This document shows positions 47,330 to 61,900 of a stretch of 64,000 bases of DNA, one piece after another (position 1 is the first letter of the stretch; the number at the start of each line of letters is the position of its first letter). The notes below the pieces were generated by a model that was not told where the DNA came from, ran no database searches, and saw only the letters and a program-made list of their open reading frames with translations. The DNA is taken from contig JAUCBJ010004177.1 of NCBI GenBank assembly GCA_032718475.1, forward strand, positions 18,861-82,860. Direction: 5' to 3'. The position numbers were made by a program, and so were the translations under genes. The DNA comes from Nemertoderma westbladi (lineage: Eukaryota; Animalia; Xenacoelomorpha).

Positions 47330-50300
47330 GATCTGAGCCTCTTGATAATCAATTTGGACAAAATCAATTTTGGCTCTTATGCAGCAGTGTCTCTAAATTC
47401 TCTATCTTTAGCAGCAATCACATGGAGACTGATTTCATGACAGTTTGTTGGTATGCAAAGTTAGCAGCTGTAGGAACAGTTCCTACATACCCTCGAAACA
47501 TAAAAAGGACCCTTGGACTGACCACAGAATTCGGAAATGCCAAAATTGAACTCTCTGAGTCCTGCTGGCTCAGACACACTAGGCAGCCAAGGATAAGCCA
47601 TATTAAGGCATCATTTAAGTCCCTTAACAGGCAGTACTCTGATTTATTGGCAGGACCTTATCGATAAGCAGGTTACTGCCATTAAGACCAAAGCAGGCAT
47701 GGAACATGGAAATCGATCAACTTGCTTACTGGGCGGAAAAGCCAACCAACCACCAAGGTTAAGGCTGAATCACCAGCCAATCGCCTCAATGGTTGGAAGG
47801 CCCACTTTGAAAAGCTCCTCAATAATGACAGGGTATTGCCTGATAACTTTATAGAAGTAAAAGTGTCTGAGTCTGTACTCCCAGATATTCCCATTGTCAT
47901 TCTCCTTTGCAGAAGTGAAGGCTGCTGCAAAGAGCATTAAGTCCAATCGTGCCAGTGGAGTAGATGGTGTTCCCCCTGAGGTTTTTAAAATACCTGAGTG
48001 TTTAAAGCTCATCTATCCCATCATAGCAGACATGTACCGTACAACAAGAGTCCCACAAGAAATTAAAACAAATAAGTTGGTGCCAGTTCCCAAGAAGGGC
48101 AACCGAACACTCTATGGTTCTTTTTGGGGAATCTCATTGATCTCGATTGCTGCAAAGCTATACAATAGAATTCTATTAAATCGCATCAGGGATCCCATTG
48201 AGAGACTGCTCCGTGAAATCAGAATGGGTTCCGTAAAGGTCGTGGGACCATGGAGCACATTTTGGCACTTAGAAGGATAATTGAAGAGTTATCAAAAAAG
48301 AACGACAGGCATCTGGCTGTTATCTTTGTTGACTTCTTCAAGGCCTTTGATTCAGTCTCCCGCTCAAGTATGTTCAGCATACTTTCATTAGGAGCCCGCT
48401 TGACAGCGGGATACTTACTGTAAGAATCTCAGGGATACTTTCTGTAAAAATCTCAGGATACATTACACTGACTGACTGACTGACATACTGACTGATAATT
48501 CTCTAGGGAAGGCACTTCCTGCCTGGCGATTTTGATAAAATTTTGCAAGTACATTGCTTTGGTGGTTCATAATCGCGTTACAAAATTTCAGATCGATTCT
48601 ATGTGTGGTATTCGATATATTTAGTTTTTTGACATTGTTTTGTGGCGAAATTAAAAGCAATGGTAAAATAACAGCTGGTGTTCATGATGAAATATGGCTT
48701 AATATGTTATACACAGTCATAGAAAAACGTGTTGGTTGCCAAGTTTTACTAGTAGGCTATAAGGAAAGGCAATGTTTACTCACACATAAGCTGTTGGTTT
48801 CTAATGTATTACCCCATAAGCTGATTGCTCTCCCAGTGCTTCCTAAGGGTATATCTACAATAAGGTTACTCACTCTGCTATGTTAGGGGGTGGATCAGGA
48901 GAATGAATTTTAGTTACACAAAGCAGTGTGTTGTGTCCTATTGCAGTCGATACTCACTGTGGATTTCAAAATGTTTTATAGTTGACCTGCACTATAATAC
49001 AGTAGTTGCATGTATTTAAGGAGCCCGCTCTGGCATACCGCCTAAGGAGTACCATATTACATATTCACATAGAATTCACTGGGAAGAGATATTCCGCTTG
49101 ACGACGGGGTAATACCTATAGAAGGAAACTAAATTTGTTATTTGGCTCTATTCGTTGTTATTTATCTGGTTGTGCATCATGGGCATTTTTTATAAATATT
49201 CGGTAATCGCATCTTATATCTTGTAAACGTTCTTGATAATGAAATTATTTGCTTCATATTATATTTTTGTTAGTGGTAGCTAAGTTGCATTTTTTATTAT
49301 GTGGGGCGAGCCACAAAGTCAGCTAGCCTCTCACGCCTTGCAGTTTAGACAATTTTAGTTTACTTACTGCTGACTGACATAGTTCATTGTAATAGTCTTG
49401 GCTAGGATTTTTCCCCCGGGCTCCTTCCAGCCAGCTTGCTGGCTTTCTAGTTATATGGGATTCCTAATGAAATTATTGCAGCAATCAGATCAGTATACGA
49501 TGGTTCGACAACATTTGTGTCTACTGTTGATGGTGACACAGAACCATTTGAAGTGTTATGGGGCGTCCTCCAGGGAGACACACTTGCACCATTCTTGTTC
49601 ATAATTGTGGTTGACTATGTTCTACACATGTCCTTAGATCATCATAATGATGATGGGGTGATGATAACTCCACCTACTGGCTCCAGAAGTCGAAGAAATC
49701 CTGCCAAGTACCTAACTGATCTAGACTTTGCTGATGACTTAGGAGTACTCTCAGAATCACTAGAGGGAGCCCAATGGCTCCTCAGCTCATTAGAACATGC
49801 TGCTTCTAGTGTTGGTCTTTTTATTAACTCCAGAGAGACCAAAATTTTGACAGTTAACTTTGAAAGTTCTCGGCAAGTCTCTGATCGGATGAGCATAAGC
49901 TCAAAGGATGGTATGCTTGAGCATGTGGACGATATCTGTTACCTGGGATCATGGATCCGGAAGTCAGGTGAGGACCTTCGAATACGTAAGGGAAAGGCAT
50001 GGGCAGCCTTGAATAGGCTTTCCAGGATTTGGAAGTCACCCAGAATTAATCGGAAACTTACGGTCCGATTATTTAGAGCAGCAGTAGTTCCAGTACTCCT
50101 CTATGGGAGTCCATGCTGGGCTCTAACTGCTGAGGACACCAAATCTCTGGATGGCAAATTCACAAGAATGCTACGCCGGGTTCATTGTGTCAAGTACAAT
50201 GCACACATCTCCAACCAGACACTATATAACATTGGAGGTGTCTCATTGGTTCCCCCAAGCTTGACACTAGAACAAAATCGCCTCCGCTTTGCAGGACATT

Positions 50301-50543
50301 GCTTTCGCCGTGAGGACCAGCCAGTGCATAATCTTGTACTTTGGCAGCCTCATGGAGTGAATAAGCATGGTGGACAGCCCATGACTTTCTTGAGACGCAT
50401 CTTAAAGGACACTGGCCTTGAAGATGCGGATGATCTAGCAAATGTCATGGGTGATAGGGAGTTGTGGCGACAATTTTGTCGACAAGCCGGCACAGCATTC
50501 TTAAAAATGCAGCTGCAATGCAGCATGCCGATACTAGTAGTAG
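47330..50543 (+). mobile_element. Longest RTE family A copy (RT with frameshifts), interrupted by a Helentron-like element
   Basis: RASGVDGVPPEVFK, GISLISIAAKLYNRILLNRI, GVLQGDTLAPFLF, LDFADDL, RLRFAGHCFR; TAG tail; 5' boundary uncertain (may extend to ~46450). Confidence 0.88.
48389..49451 (+). mobile_element. Helentron-associated / DINE-1-like non-autonomous rolling-circle element
   Basis: Inserted between T and T of the RTE sequence CATTATATGG with no TSD; subterminal inverted GGAGCCCG / CGGGCTCC; (ACTG)n microsatellite at ~48467-48495; 3' stem-loop AGCCAGC-TT-GCTGGCT followed by CTAGT. Confidence 0.8.
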
Positions 50544-51106
50544 CCATTAAGGGGGGGGGGGGGTATTCCCCCCTCAGGTAATATTTTCAAATTGATGTTT
50601 CTTTATTTCATCTAGTGCAGAATTTAATGAGGATTACAAATCTGAAAACCGCTTAGTGAGACCTCTTTCAGTTCTCGAGTTATCACTGTTTTTCCGTATG
50701 ACGGTCTGTCCGTCAAATTGTAAGAAAGACAGAAGACCGACAGACAGACAGACAGACTAGATTCCACCAAAATTTAAAACTGACATCGGAAATGAAATCA
50801 ACGACCCCGAAAACCCCCGTAATGAACATTTTAGCTCGTTGGTGTGCATCCTTCGTGCCGGAAATAATTAACCAACCAGAACGCAGACAGCCAATTTTGG
50901 CGGGAAGGTTTAAACTTTGAAGGGCATTTTCTCGGAATTACATTTTTCATTTTTAAATTACTACTCCTCCGTAATTTTTTAACCAATTTTCTTCGTTTAT
51001 GGCTCATTCGAACGAGCTTTGGAAGCTCTTTAAAAGTTATCTTATGGAATTTTGATAAATATTACCATTTTTTCTAATTAGCCAATTTCAATTAAAAATA
51101 TGCTTT

Positions 51107-51700
51107 CAGGGGGACACACTTGCACCATTCTTATTTGTAATTGTGGTTGATTATGTACTACACATACACACTATGTACTTAGATCATCTTAATAAATATG
51201 GGTTGATGGAAACAGCCCCTACAAGCACTACAAGTAGATGAAATCCAGCAAAGTACCTTACTGATCTAGACTTTGCTGTTGACTTAGGGGTTCTGAGAGA
51301 ATTACTGGAGGAATCACCAGGCCTCCTCTTCTTATTGGAGCAGGTTGCTACTAGTGTTGGTCTTTTTGTAAACTCCAAGAAGACCATTTTTATGATATTG
51401 AACCTTGACAGCCCTCAAGATATGTCTGATTGTAAGGGCATAATCTCCAGTGATAGCTTGCTTGAGCACGTTGATAACTTCTGCTACTTGGGATCCTCGG
51501 GGCTAGGGACCTTCGGATACATAATGGAAAGGCATGTGCATCATACAATAGTCTGTCCAGGATTTGGAAGTCATAGAATAAAACTGTATCTGAATCCGAT
51601 CGTTTATGACAGCAGTAGAACCAGTACTCTTATATGGGAGTCCATGCTGGCGCTGGGCACTAACTGCAAAGGATACCAAATCTCTGGATGGCACTTATAC
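51107..51700 (+). mobile_element. Older degenerate RTE family A-related fragment
   Basis: CAGGGGGACACACTTGCACCATTC… and LEHVDNFCYLGS, with stops and frameshifts. Confidence 0.8.
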
Positions 51701-51796
51701 ACGTTTGTAGCTTTTCCCCTTTCATTATCCGGTTGCCAACATCCAATTTTGGTATGTTCGGCAGTCATGTTTTCCACACCTCTGAACTGATGACAT

Positions 51797-51979
51797 CTAA
51801 TCTAGTTGCTTTATGATTAGACGTGCTTTTAATGCTTCTCTGGAGTTGGGCAGGTGTAATGTCCTCATTTTATAGGGATTGAGTCTTGTCATATATGTTC
51901 CTTGTTCTTGAAAGCTGACCTCGATGTTTGGTGGTTTCCCTAAAAATTTGTGCGGAAGTGATCTTCCATTTCTCAGCAT
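51797..51979 (-). mobile_element. Small RTE family B fragment
   Basis: LGKPPNIEVS matches LGQPPNIEVS in the 17028 ORF. Confidence 0.6.
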
Positions 51980-52998
51980 GTCTACACGTATATCAGTGGT
52001 AGCAACTGGGCTGACCTATACGTTTGTATGTAGGTGTGGTTATTGTGGTAGCATTGGTTAAAAATGGATTGATTTGTATCATCTTCGAATAACTTAAAAT
52101 CATTACTTATACTAACCCCACCACCATTAATGTCATGCATTGATTGGCTTGATATTGGATAATAGCTCAGGCGTGTGAGCAGGTTCAAAGACAAATGTTA
52201 CTGGGCCTAAGCAGGTAGGGAAGCCCCTAATTAGGTAGGGAAGCCCTGCTGCTTATTCACACCTCATAACTTTATTATTAGTTTACACGCATTTAGGGAG
52301 GGGCTTTTAATTACAAGCACTTCTGAGTCTTACTGTAAAACCAGTATGTTTTGGCTGGCGCAGTGGTCCAAAACATGCATATTATCTTCCTGATTCATTA
52401 ACATTACCCAGTGTAGTGGACCGGGACAAGCTTATTGCCTTCCTTATCCATTAATACTGCCTGCCTATTATTCCTGAGAACGACTCAATAAGCGGACTAT
52501 CCTGATCAACGCAGACGTCAAGTTTGCATTTAATCACAACCCGCATTGTCAGATTAACTGTCAGTCATTACGTTATAGACATTATGATTTGTTTAAAAGC
52601 TTATTGTATGGCAATATAATAATTTATTATAAAGTACTAAAGTTACTGTATAAGTAATACTATTTATATTATAGTAAGTTATACAGTGAATATGAAACTA
52701 ATATAAATAATATACAGTGAATATAAAACTGCTTAACCTGAAACACTTAGTGGTTTCTCAACCATCGGCATACTCAGCAGTCTCTTAATGGTATCTTGTA
52801 ACCATGGAGAACTGCTTAACATGGGCCATGGTTCCTAACCATTAAAATATGGAAGTACATTTAAAAGTTTACATTTGACATTTGACAGTTTACATTTTAC
52901 TTTTGAAATGCACTGATAAATTCGAATTTGCATCGAAATTATCCTGACTAATTTGTTTTTATGGTTCTGTGTGGATATGTTTTTCTTATCCAGACCAT

Positions 52999-55900
52999 AT
53001 TAAACCTGGTGGATCTCGACGGGCTCTGGGTATGTTGTTCAAACCCCAGTTTCGTATTAAACCTATTGGATCTCGACGGGCTCTGGGTATGTTGTTCAAA
53101 CCCCAGTTTCGTATTAAACCTATTGGATCTCGACGGGCTCTGGGTATGTTGTTCAAACCCCAGTTTCGTATTAAACCTATTGGATCTCGACGGGCTCTGG
53201 GTATGTTGTTCAAACCCCAGTTTCGTATTAAACCTATTGGATCTCGACGGGCTCTGGGTATGTTGTTCAAACCCCAGTTTCGTATTAAACCTATTGGATC
53301 TCGACGGGCTCTGGGTATGTTGTTCAAACCCCAGTTTCGTATTAAACCTATTGGATCTCGACGGGCTCTGGGTGGGTATGTTGTTCAAACCCCAGTTTCG
53401 TATTAAACCTATTGGATCTCGATGGGCTCTGGGTATGTTGTTCAAACCCCAGTTTCGTATTAAACCTATTGGATCTCGACGGGCTCTGGGTATGTTGTTA
53501 AAACCCCAGTTTCGTATTAAACCTATTGGATCTCGACGGGCTCTGGGTATGTTGTTCAAACCCCAGTTTCGTATTAAACCTATTGGATCTCGACGGGCTC
53601 TGGGTGGGTATGTTGTTCAAACCCCAGTTTCGTATTAAACCTATTGGATCTCGACGGGCTCTGGGTATGTTGTTCAAACCCCAGTTTCGTATTAAACCTA
53701 TTGGATCTCGACGGGCTCTGGGTATGTTGTTAAAACCCCAGTTTCGTATTAAACCTATTGGATCTCGACGGGCTCTGGGTATGTTGTTCAAACCCCAGTT
53801 TCGTATTAAACCTATTGGATCTCGACGGGCTCTGGGTGGGTATGTTGTTCAAACCCCAGTTTCGTATTAAACCTATTGGATCTCGACGGGCTCTGGGTAT
53901 GTTGTTCAAACCCCAGTTTCGTATTAAACCTATTGGATCTCGACGGGCTCTGGGTATGTTGTTAAAACCCCAGTTTCGTATTAAACCTATTGGATCTCGA
54001 CGGGCTCTGGGTATGTTGTTCAAACCCCAGTTTCGTATTAAACCTATTGGATCTCGACGGGCTCTGGGTATATTGTTCAAACCCCAGTTTCGTTTCGTAT
54101 TAAACCTATTGGATCTCGACGGGCTCTGGGTATGTTGTTCAAACCCCAGTTTCGTATTAAACCTATTGGATCTCGACGGGCTCTGGGTATGTTGTTCAAA
54201 CCCCAGTTTCGTATTAAACCTATTGGATCTCGACGGGCTCTGGGTATGTTGTTCAAACCCCAGTTTCGTATTAAACCTATTGGATCTCGACGGGCTCTGG
54301 GTATGTTGTTCAAACCCCAGTTTCGTATTAAACCTATTGGATCTCGACGGGCTCTGGGTATGTTGTTCAAACCCCAGTTTCGTATTAAACCTATTGGATC
54401 TCGACGGGCTCTGGGTATGTTGTTCAAACCCCAGTTTCGTATTAAACCTATTGGATCTCGACGGGCTCTGGGTATGTTGTTCAAACCCCAGTTTAGTATT
54501 AAACCTATTGGATCTCGACGGGCTCTGGGTATGTTGTTCAAACCCCAGTTTCGTATTAAACCTATTGGATCTCGACGGGCTCTGGGTATGTTGTTCAAAC
54601 CCCAGTTTCGTATTAAACCTATTGGATCTCGACGGGCTCTGGGTATGTTGTTCAAACCCCAGTTTCGTATTAAACCTATTGGATCTCGACGGGCTCTGGG
54701 TATGTTGTTCAAACCCCAGTTTCGTATTAAACCTATTGGATCTCGACGGGCTCTGGGTATGTTGTTCAAACCCCAGTTTCGTATTAAACCTATTGGATCT
54801 CGACGGGCTCTGGGTATGTTGTTCAAACCCCAGTTTCGTATTAAACCTATTGGATCTCGACGGGCTCTGGGTATGTTGTTCAAACCCCAGTTTAGTATTA
54901 AACCTATTGGATCTCGACGGGCTCTGGGTATGTTGTTCAAACCCCAGTTTCGTATTAAACCTATTGGATCTCGACGGGCTCTGGGTATGTTGTTCAAACC
55001 CCAGTTTCGTATTAAACCTATTGGATCTCGACGGGCTCTGGGTATGTTGTTCAAACCCCAGTTTCGTATTAAACCTATTGGATCTCGACGGGCTCTGGGT
55101 ATGTTGTTCAAACCCCAGTTTCGTATTAAACCTATTGGATCTCGACGGGCTCTGGGTATGTTGTTCAAACCCCCGTTTCGTATTAAACCTATTGGATCTC
55201 GACGGGCTCTGGGTATGTTGTTCAAACCCCAGTTTCGTATTAAAACTATTGGATCTCGACGGGCTCTGGGTATGTTGTTCAAACCCCAGTTTCGTATTAA
55301 ACCTATTGGATCTCGACGGGCTCTGGGTATGTTGTTCAAACCCCAGTTTCGTATTAAACCTATTGGATCTCGACGGGCTCTGGGTATGTTGTTCAAACCC
55401 CAGTTTCGTATTAAACCTATTGGATCTCGACGGGCTCTGGGTATTGGGCATGTTGTTCAAACCCTAGTTTCGTATTAAACCTATTGGATCTCGATGGGCT
55501 CTGGGTATGTTGTTCAAACCCCAGTTTCGTATTAAACCTATTGGATCTCGACGGGCTCTGGGTATTGGGCATGTTGTTCAAACCCTAGTTTCGTATTAAA
55601 CTTATTGGATCTCGACGGGCTCTGGGTATGTTGTTCAAACCCCAGTTTCGTATTAAACCTATTGGATCTCGACGGGCTCTGGGTATGTTGTTCAAACCCC
55701 AGTTTCGTATTAAACCTATTGGATCTCGACGGGCTCTGGGTATATTGTTCAAACCCCAGTTTCGTTTCGTATTAAACCTATTGGATCTCGACGGGCTCTG
55801 GGTATGTTGTTCAAACCCCAGTTTCGTATTAAACCTATTGGATCTCGACGGGCTCTGGGTATGTTGTTCAAACCCCAGTTTCGTATTAAACCTATTGGAT

Positions 55901-58900
55901 CTCGATGGGCTCTGGGTATGTTGTTCAAACCCCAGTTTCGTATTAAACCTATTGGATCTCGATGGGCTCTGGGTATGTTGTTCAAACCCCAGTTTCGTAT
56001 TAAACCTATTGGATCTCGACGGGCTCTGGGTATGTTGTTCAAACCCCAGTTTCGTATTAAACCTATTGGATCTCGACGGGCTCTGGGTATATTGTTCAAA
56101 CCCCAGTTTCGTTTCGTATTAAACCTATTGGATCTCGACGGGCTCTGGGTATGTTGTTCAAACCCCAGTTTCGTATTAAACCTATTGGATCTCGACGGGC
56201 TCTGGGTATGTTGTTCAAACCCCAGTTTCGTATTAAACCTATTGGATCTCGACGGGCTCTGGGTATGTTGTTCAAACCCCAGTTTCGTATTAAACCTATT
56301 GGATCTCGACGGGCTCTGGGTATGTTGTTCAAACCCCAGTTTCGTATTAAACCTATTGGATCTCGACGGGCTCTGGGTATGTTGTTCAAACCCCAGTTTC
56401 GTATTAAACCTATTGGATCTCGATGGGCTCTGGGTATGTTGTTCAAACCCCAGTTTCGTATTAAACCTATTGGATCTCGACGGGCTCTGGGTATGTTGTT
56501 CAAACCCCAGTTTCGTATTAAACCTATTGGATCTCGACGGGCTCTGGGTATGTTGTTCAAACCCCAGTTTCGTATTAAACCTATTGGATCTCGACGGGCT
56601 CTGGGTATATTGTTCAAACCCCAGTTTCGTTTCGTATTAAACCTATTGGATCTCGACGGGCTCTGGGTATGTTGTTCAAACCCCAGTTTCGTATTAAACC
56701 TATTGGATCTCGACGGGCTCTGGGTATGTTGTTCAAACCCCAGTTTCGTATTAAACCTATTGGATCTCGACGGGCTCTGGGTATGTTGTTCAAACCCCAG
56801 TTTCGTATTAAACCTATTGGATCTCGACGGGCTCTGGGTATTGGGCATGTTGTTCAAACCCTAGTTTCGTATTAAACCTATTGGATCTCGACGGGCTCTG
56901 GGTATGTTGTTCAAACCCCAGTTTCGTATTAAACCTATTGGATCTCGACGGGCTCTGGGTATTGGGCATGTTGTTCAAACCCTAGTTTCGTATTAAACCT
57001 ATTGGATCTCGACGGGCTCTGGGTATGTTGTTCAAACCCCAGTTTCGTATTAAACCTATTGGATCTCGACGGGCTCTGGGTATGTTGTTCAAACCCCAGT
57101 TTCGTATTAAACCTATTGGATCTCGACGGGCTCTGGGTATATTGTTCAAACCCCAGTTTCGTTTCGTATTAAACCTATTGGATCTCGACGGGCTCTGGGT
57201 ATGTTGTTCAAACCCCAGTTTCGTATTAAACCTATTGGATCTCGACGGGCTCTGGGTATGTTGTTCAAACCCCAGTTTCGTATTAAACCTATTGGATCTC
57301 GATGGGCTCTGGGTATGTTGTTCAAACCCCAGTTTCGTATTAAACCTATTGGATCTCGACGGGCTCTGGGTATGTTGTTCAAACCCCAGTTTCGTATTAA
57401 ACCTATTGGATCTCGACGGGCTCTGGGTATGTTGTTCAAACCCCAGTTTCGTATTAAACCTATTGGATCTCGACGGGCTCTGGGTATGTTGTTCAAACCC
57501 CAGTTTCGTATTAAACCTATTGGATCTCGACGGGCTCTGGGTATGTTGTTCAAACCCCAGTTTCGTATTAAACCTATTGGATCTCGACGGGCTCTGGGTA
57601 TGTTGTTCAAACCCCAGTTTCGTATTAAACCTATTGGATCTCGACGGGCTCTGGGTATGTTGTTCAAACCCCAGTTTCGTATTAAACCTATTGGATCTCG
57701 ACGGGCTCTGGGTATGTTGTTCAAACCCCAGTTTCGTATTAAACCTATTGGATCTCGACGGGCTCTGGGTATGTTGTTCAAACCCCAGTTTCGTATTAAA
57801 CCTATTGGATCTCGACGGGCTCTGGGTATGTTGTTCAAACCCCAGTTTAGTATTAAACCTATTGGATCTCGACGGGCTCTGGGTATGTTGTTCAAACCCC
57901 AGTTTCGTATTAAACCTATTGGATCTCGACGGGCTCTGGGTATGTTGTTCAAACCCCAGTTTCGTATTAAACCTATTGGATCTCGACGGGCTCTGGGTAT
58001 GTTGTTCAAACCCCAGTTTAGTATTAAACCTATTGGATCTCGACGGGCTCTGGGTATGTTGTTCAAACCCCAGTTTCGTATTAAACCTATTGGATCTCGA
58101 CGGGCTCTGGGTATGTTGTTCAAACCCCAGTTTCGTATTAAACCTATTGGATCTCGACGGGCTCTGGGTATGTTGTTCAAACCCCAGTTTCGTATTAAAC
58201 CTATTGGATCTCGACGGGCTCTGGGTATGTTGTTCAAACCCCAGTTTCGTATTAAACCTATTGGATCTCGACGGGCTCTGGGTATGTTGTTCAAACCCCA
58301 GTTTAGTATTAAACCTATTGGATCTCGACGGGCTCTGGGTATGTTGTTCAAACCCCAGTTTCGTATTAAACCTATTGGATCTCGACGGGCTCTGGGTATG
58401 TTGTTCAAACCCCAGTTTCGTATTAAACCTATTGGATCTCGACGGGCTCTGGGTATGTTGTTCAAACCCCAGTTTCGTATTAAACCTATTGGATCTCGAC
58501 GGGCTCTGGGTATGTTGTTCAAACCCCAGTTTCGTATTAAACCTATTGGATCTCGACGGGCTCTGGGTATGTTGTTCAAACCCCAGTTTCGTATTAAACC
58601 TATTGGATCTCGACGGGCTCTGGGTATGTTGTTCAAACCCCAGTTTCATATTAAACCTATTGGATCTCGACGGGCTCTGGGTATGTTGTTCAAACCCCAG
58701 TTTCGTATTAAACCTATTGGATCTCGACGGGCTCTGGGTATGTTGTTCAAACCCCAGTTTCGTATTAAACCTATTGGATCTCGACGGGCTCTGGGTACAT
58801 TGTTCAAACCCCAGTTTCGTTTCGTGTTAAACCTATTGGATCTCGACGGGCTCTGGGTATGTTGTTCAAACCCCAGTTTCGTATTAAACCTATTGGATCT

Positions 58901-61900
58901 CGACGGGCTCTGGGTATGTTGTTCAAACCCCAGTTTCGTATTAAACCTATTGGATCTCGATGGGCTCTGGGTATGTTGTTCAAACCCCAGTTTCGTATTA
59001 AACCTATTGGATCTCGACGGGCTCTGGGTATGTTGTTCAAACCCCCGTTTCGTATTAAATCTATTGGATCTCGACGGGCTCTGGGTATGTTGTTCAAACC
59101 CCAGTTTCGTATTAAACCTATTGGATCTCGACGGGCTCTGGGTATGTTGTTCAAACCCCAGTTTCGTATTAAAACTATTGGATCTCGACGGGCTCTGGGT
59201 ATGTTGTTCAAACCCCAGTTTCGTATTAAACCTATTGGATCTCGACGGGCTCTGGGTATGTTGTTCAAACCCCAGTTTCGTATTAAACCTATTGGATCTC
59301 GACGGGCTCTGGGTATGTTGTTCAAACCCCAGTTTTGTATTAAACCTATTGGATCTCGACGGGCTCTGGGTATTGGGCATGTTGTTCAAACCCTAGTTTC
59401 GTATTAAACCTATTGGATCTCGACGGGCTCTGGGTATGTTGTTCAAACCCCAGTTTCGTATTAAACCTATTGGATCTCGACGGGCTCTGGGTATTGGGCA
59501 TGTTGTTCAAACCCTAGTTTCGTATTAAACCTATTGGATCTCGACGGGCTCTGGGTATGTTGTTCAAACCCCAGTTTCGTATTAAACCTATTGGATCTCG
59601 ACGGGCTCTGGGTATGTTGTTCAAACCCCAGTTTCGTATTAAACCTATTGGATCTCGACGGGCTCTGGGTATATTGTTCAAACCCCAGTTTCGTTTCGTA
59701 TTAAACCTATTGGATCTCGACGGGCTCTGGGTATGTTGTTCAAACCCCAGTTTCGTATTAAACCTATTGGATCTCGACGGGCTCTGGGTATGTTGTTCAA
59801 ACCCCAGTTTCGTATTAAACCTATTGGATCTCGATGGGCTCTGGGTATGTTGTTCAAACCCCAGTTTCGTATTAAACCTATTGGATCTCGACGGGCTCTG
59901 GGTATGTTGTTCAAACCCCAGTTTCGTATTAAACCTATTGGATCTCGACGGGCTCTGGGTATGTTGTTCAAACCCCAGTTTCGTATTAAACCTATTGGAT
60001 CTCGACGGGCTCTGGGTATATTGTTCAAACCCCAGTTTCGTTTCGTATTAAACCTATTGGATCTCGACGGGCTCTGGGTATGTTGTTCAAACCCCAGTTT
60101 CGTATTAAACCTATTGGATCTCGACGGGCTCTGGGTATGTTGTTCAAACCCCAGTTTCGTATTAAACCTATTGGATCTCGACGGGCTCTGGGTATGTTGT
60201 TCAAACCCCAGTTTCGTATTAAACCTATTGGATCTCGACGGGCTCTGGGTATGTTGTTCAAACCCCAGTTTCGTATTAAACCTATTGGATCTCGACGGGC
60301 TCTGGGTATGTTGTTCAAACCCCAGTTTCGTATTAAACCTATTGGATCTCGATGGGCTCTGGGTATGTTGTTCAAACCCCAGTTTCGTATTAAACCTATT
60401 GGATCTCGACGGGCTCTGGGTATGTTGTTCAAACCCCAGTTTCGTATTAAACCTATTGGATCTCGACGGGCTCTGGGTATGTTGTTCAAACCCCAGTTTC
60501 GTATTAAACCTATTGGATCTCGACGGGCTCTGGGTATATTGTTCAAACCCCAGTTTCGTTTCGTATTAAACCTATTGGATCTCGACGGGCTCTGGGTATG
60601 TTGTTCAAACCCCAGTTTCGTATTAAACCTATTGGATCTCGACGGGCTCTGGGTATGTTGTTCAAACCCCAGTTTCGTATTAAACCTATTGGATCTCGAC
60701 GGGCTCTGGGTATGTTGTTCAAACCCCAGTTTCGTATTAAACCTATTGGATCTCGACGGGCTCTGGGTATGTTGTTCAAACCCCAGTTTCGTATTAAACC
60801 TATTGGATCTCGACGGGCTCTGGGTATGTTGTTCAAACCCCAGTTTCGTATTAAACCTATTGGATCTCGACGGGCTCTGGGTATTGGGCATGTTGTTCAA
60901 ACCCTAGTTTCGTATTAAACCTATTGGATCTCGACGGGCTCTGGGTATGTTGTTCAAACCCCAGTTTCGTATTAAACCTATTGGATCTCGACGGGCTCTG
61001 GGTATTGGGCATGTTGTTCAAACCCTAGTTTCGTATTAAACCTATTGGATCTCGACGGGCTCTGGGTATGTTGTTCAAACCCCAGTTTCGTATTAAACCT
61101 ATTGGATCTCGACGGGCTCTGGGTATGTTGTTCAAACCCCAGTTTCGTATTAAACCTATTGGATCTCGACGGGCTCTGGGTATATTGTTCAAACCCCAGT
61201 TTCGTTTCGTATTAAACCTATTGGATCTCGACGGGCTCTGGGTATGTTGTTCAAACCCCAGTTTCGTATTAAACCTATTGGATCTCGACGGGCTCTGGGT
61301 ATGTTGTTCAAACCCCAGTTTCGTATTAAACCTATTGGATCTCGACGGGCTCTGGGTATGTTGTTCAAACCCCAGTTTCGTATTAAACCTATTGGATCTC
61401 GACGGGCTCTGGGTATGTTGTTCAAACCCCAGTTTCGTATTAAACCTATTGGATCTCGACGGGCTCTGGGTATGTTGTTCAAACCCCAGTTTCGTATTAA
61501 ACCTATTGGATCTCGACGGGCTCTGGGTATGTTGTTCAAACCCCAGATTCGTATTAAACCTATTGGATCTCGACGGGCTCTGGGTATATTGTTCAAACCC
61601 CAGTTTCGTTTCGTATTAAACCTATTGGATCTCGACGGGCTCTGGGTATGTTGTTCAAACCCCAGTTTCGTATTAAACCTATTGGATCTCGACGGGCTCT
61701 GGGTATGTTGTTCAAACCCCAGTTTCGTATTAAACCTATTGGATCTCGATGGGCTCTGGGTATGTTGTTCAAACCCCAGTTTCGTATTAAACCTATTGGA
61801 TCTCGACGGGCTCTGGGTATGTTGTTCAAACCCCAGTTTCGTATTAAACCTATTGGATCTCGACGGGCTCTGGGTATGTTGTTCAAACCCCAGTTTCGTA

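Noticed and set aside
52350-52420. TGGCGCAGTGG A-box-like motif (tRNA/SINE)
   Set aside because: No B box or cloverleaf downstream.
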